This document shows positions 61,804 through 64,000 of a DNA stretch of 64,000 nt, piece by piece. Source of the DNA: Dehalococcoidia bacterium. Lineage in GTDB: Bacteria > Chloroflexota > Dehalococcoidia > GIF9 > AB-539-J10. The stretch is from positions 2,184 to 66,183 of the forward strand of contig JAFGFT010000049.1 in the NCBI GenBank assembly GCA_016930935.1, in the 5' to 3' direction. The position numbers were made by a program, and so were the translations under genes. How positions within the stretch are numbered: the stretch's first letter is position 1; every line of letters begins with the position of its first letter. The notes under the pieces are model-generated. The model made no database searches. It was not told where the DNA came from and saw nothing but the letters and a program-made list of their open reading frames with translations.

Positions 61804-63414
61804 CTAGAACCCATCATCCATGCTGAATTCATCGTCCGGTACATCGTCCTCAATACTTCGATGACCGAACGCAGAGCGCAGGAACCACCCGCCGAGAAAT
61901 AGTGCAAGCAGCACTCCTATACCGATGAGGCTGTACAGTGCCCACCTCGGCATTTCAAATACGAACCCGACCTGGAATGAGCGCGGGGTCGACCATGTGC
62001 TCTCGTTTCCCGCGAAATCCACTGCCTTGACACGCCAGAAGTACGCGGCATCCTTGCCGGTGCGCTCCAGAGGATGGTCCTCAGCCAGGAGGAACTCGGA
62101 AGACAGCAGAGCGTTTTCCGTCAGAATTGGTTCTGTGAAACCAGCGTCGGTGGCAATCTGGAACATGTACAAGAGGCCACTCTTGTCAGTCACGTCCTCC
62201 CAGTCAAAGTAGATTTGCTTGCCACTTGTGCTGCCATCCAGCGGGCCAAGCAGGAGTGGGCAGGCAGGGGCGCTACTTTCCATCGTGAACGGCATGGTCT
62301 TTGCATTGACTCCGTCCGAGACAATAACCTCGTGCTCTCCGTGCAGGCTTCTGGGTGCGGAGAACGTCACTGAAAAGCTGCCTGCTGAATCTGTCCTCGT
62401 CGAGGCAACCTGACTGGCGTCGTAGGTGACTACAGTTTCGCAGGTCGGCAGGAATCCGGTGCCGCTCACAGTAATGAGTGCGCCCACGGTGTCACTGCTC
62501 GCGGAGAGGCTGGCGGCGCTCACCAGTGTGAAGTGCGCGTAGTCTCTCGCTTCGCCGTCGTCGGCTTTGACCTCGTATTCACCTGAGGCGCCTCCTGGCA
62601 CCAGCATGACGGCAATGAAGCTGCCGTCTCTCTCCGTGTGAACTACATCCACTTCCTCGTCGCCGAAAGAAATGGATACGTCCGTGTCTGAATTGAAACC
62701 GGAACCGATGAAGGTCACTTCAGTGGACGGAGTTCCTTCCTGTGGTTCGATGCTGACAGACTGCCGGGTAACGAAGTCAACGGTGTCGAACGCGTCTGCG
62801 TCGTCTTCCGCCTTGATGGTGTGCCTCCCATGGCTGCTTGGCGGAATGGTGCACGTCGCAGTGAAAGTGCCGCTGGCATTGGTTACGGAGGTTCCCATTT
62901 CAACATCGTCCAGATAGATCGTGACATCCTCATCATCGGTGAAACCATAGCCTGTCACTTCCACCTCGTCTCCAACGTAACCACTGGTTGCTCCGGCTTC
63001 AATCTGCGGTTCCAGATTGAAATAGACGAACATGTTGTTCGTACCGTCATTCACGAGGACTCTGAACCGTCCGGTGGGATACTCCGGTACTCTGAAGCCG
63101 GTGTGCAAGTAGCCATCTCCGTCGGTCGGCCATGTTTTCACAGGGTCGGTGATGTCTGAGAAGTAGACCTCAACCGTCTGGTCGGCCTCGAAGTTCTCAA
63201 GTGTCACGTAGACCTTGGTGCCGACGGGGCCGCTTTCGGGGGATATCTCCAGAGTCGCTGCGTCCGTGTCTTCTTCCTCGCCTTCATCTTCGGCAGCCTC
63301 GTCTGCTTCTGTAGTGTCTGCCGGGTCTTCGTCCGCGCGTAGAGCGCAGGGGACGGTCCCGAGCAGCAGAAGTACTATCATGCCGATGGCAAACAACCTA
63401 CTTAGATTGCGCAT
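61804..63414 (-). CDS. cell-surface protein: signal peptide, acidic linker, four Ig/IPT-like repeats, FN3-like domain, TM anchor
   Basis: Four modules of the type VxVxGxGF...(D/S)xxGxFxxxxxxP. YFWRVKAVDFAGNESTWS is FN3-like. WALYSLIGIGVLLALFLGGWFL is the anchor, followed by an acidic tail. Confidence 0.75.
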   Translation of the reverse strand: MRNLSRLFAIGMIVLLLLGTVPCALRADEDPADTTEADEAAEDEGEEEDTDAATLEISPESGPVGTKVYVTLENFEADQTVEVYFSDITDPVKTWPTDGDGYLHTGFRVPEYPTGRFRVLVNDGTNNMFVYFNLEPQIEAGATSGYVGDEVEVTGYGFTDDEDVTIYLDDVEMGTSVTNASGTFTATCTIPPSSHGRHTIKAEDDADAFDTVDFVTRQSVSIEPQEGTPSTEVTFIGSGFNSDTDVSISFGDEEVDVVHTERDGSFIAVMLVPGGASGEYEVKADDGEARDYAHFTLVSAASLSASSDTVGALITVSGTGFLPTCETVVTYDASQVASTRTDSAGSFSVTFSAPRSLHGEHEVIVSDGVNAKTMPFTMESSAPACPLLLGPLDGSTSGKQIYFDWEDVTDKSGLLYMFQIATDAGFTEPILTENALLSSEFLLAEDHPLERTGKDAAYFWRVKAVDFAGNESTWSTPRSFQVGFVFEMPRWALYSLIGIGVLLALFLGGWFLRSAFGHRSIEDDVPDDEFSMDDGF

Positions 63415-64000
63415 CGTTGCCTCCCCGGGTCTTCATCGTTGTGGTCAGTTGAAGCGCGTCGCTGAGCAGGTCTGATAGAGCAAATTCTTCGACCTTGTTC
63501 GCGATGGCCCCGGATGTGTTTTCCTCTTCGTCGCCTCCCTGGAACATGGCCAGAAAGGCGTCATTTTCACTGTCATCATCATTCCGCTCATCGGGAGGAG
63601 CAAGCACCTCCTGAACAGTCCCTGGTGCTACAACATTGTCCTCATCCGTGGCCTTGGATTCAGTCTCCTGTTGTTCTGCCTCAGTTGATTCACTGTTGGA
63701 ATCTGACTGCACCTCGACGTTTTCGGAGATTGAGTCCACTGATTCTGAATCGGTTGCCGCTGCCGTCGCTTTCGCTGCTGCAGAAGGAACAGCGGTAGCG
63801 GGCGAAGGCGGTGAGGCCGCGGGTGTCTCCTGCACGTCTGGAGCCTGCTGTTTCGAGGGCTTCACCCTTGGAGCGGCCACGGGAGGAGTGTCTTCGTCTT
63901 CAATCTCGTCGTCTTCGTCGTATCCAGCCGAGCGCCCTTGACTCTTGCCCTGCTTGTTCTTGGGCGCGCGTCTCGGTCCTTTGCCCGAAGTGAGTAGCCG
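63398..64000 (-). CDS. acidic low-complexity protein, 5' end outside the window
   Basis: The frame of ORF 63398..63880 stays open to base 64000 (RLLTSGKGPRRAPKNKQGK...DEDDEIEDED...), so the GTG at 63880 may be internal. Overlaps the next gene by 17 nt. Confidence 0.5.
   Translation of the reverse strand, partial: RLLTSGKGPRRAPKNKQGKSQGRSAGYDEDDEIEDEDTPPVAAPRVKPSKQQAPDVQETPAASPPSPATAVPSAAAKATAAATDSESVDSISENVEVQSDSNSESTEAEQQETESKATDEDNVVAPGTVQEVLAPPDERNDDDSENDAFLAMFQGGDEEENTSGAIANKVEEFALSDLLSDALQLTTTMKTRGGNDAQSK

Noticed and set aside
1-64000. CRISPR arrays, rRNA, tRNA, IS elements, integrases, prophage genes
   Set aside because: Reading both strands, I found no regularly spaced direct repeats, rRNA-like conserved blocks, cloverleaf candidates, or DDE/tyrosine-recombinase motifs. 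A covariance-model and repeat-finder run would be needed to be certain.

Overview
Densely coding, GC-rich prokaryotic chromosomal segment (about 60% GC in the coding lines I counted by hand). I can support about 65 protein genes. I recognised no rRNA, tRNA, CRISPR array, transposase or integrase. Translation and transcription signals are bacterial-type: strong GGAGG Shine-Dalgarno boxes, frequent GTG/TTG starts, 4-8 nt start/stop overlaps, several TTGACA-17nt-TAnnnT promoters, and GC-hairpin plus T-tract terminators. Using these signals I moved about 25 start codons relative to the longest-ORF track. Many long ORFs in the track are antisense shadow ORFs of real genes. Gene content fits an anaerobic heterotroph; my guess of Chloroflexota/Dehalococcoidia-like cannot be proven from this window. 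Main content: a TAT-less reductive-dehalogenase homologue, rubrerythrin, a TRAP transporter, a corrinoid protein plus URO-D-family methyltransferase, a fused indolepyruvate:ferredoxin oxidoreductase plus ADP-forming acyl-CoA synthetase behind a GntR regulator, an HspR-like MerR plus two Hsp20, a 1470-aa ten-PAS histidine kinase, and PKD/Ig-repeat surface proteins. Most interesting observations: (i) a minus-strand gene train at 49.4-55.6 kb: TusA-like, DsrE-like, an IscS/NifS homologue whose PLP lysine is replaced by Thr, two tandem two-Cys hydantoin-racemase-like paralogues, an IscU-DUF59 fusion, an HhH protein, a radical SAM enzyme and DUF1847; (ii) at 28.0-29.7 kb, a polytopic membrane protein followed by a divergent class-III-cyclase-like protein; (iii) at 33.0-35.2 kb, a tail-anchored J-domain multi-zinc-ribbon protein followed by a nested Pro/Arg repeat protein; (iv) a lower-GC patch at 59.6-61.3 kb with two convergent truncated-MerR HTH paralogues. 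All family calls are motif recognition by eye. No searches were run.
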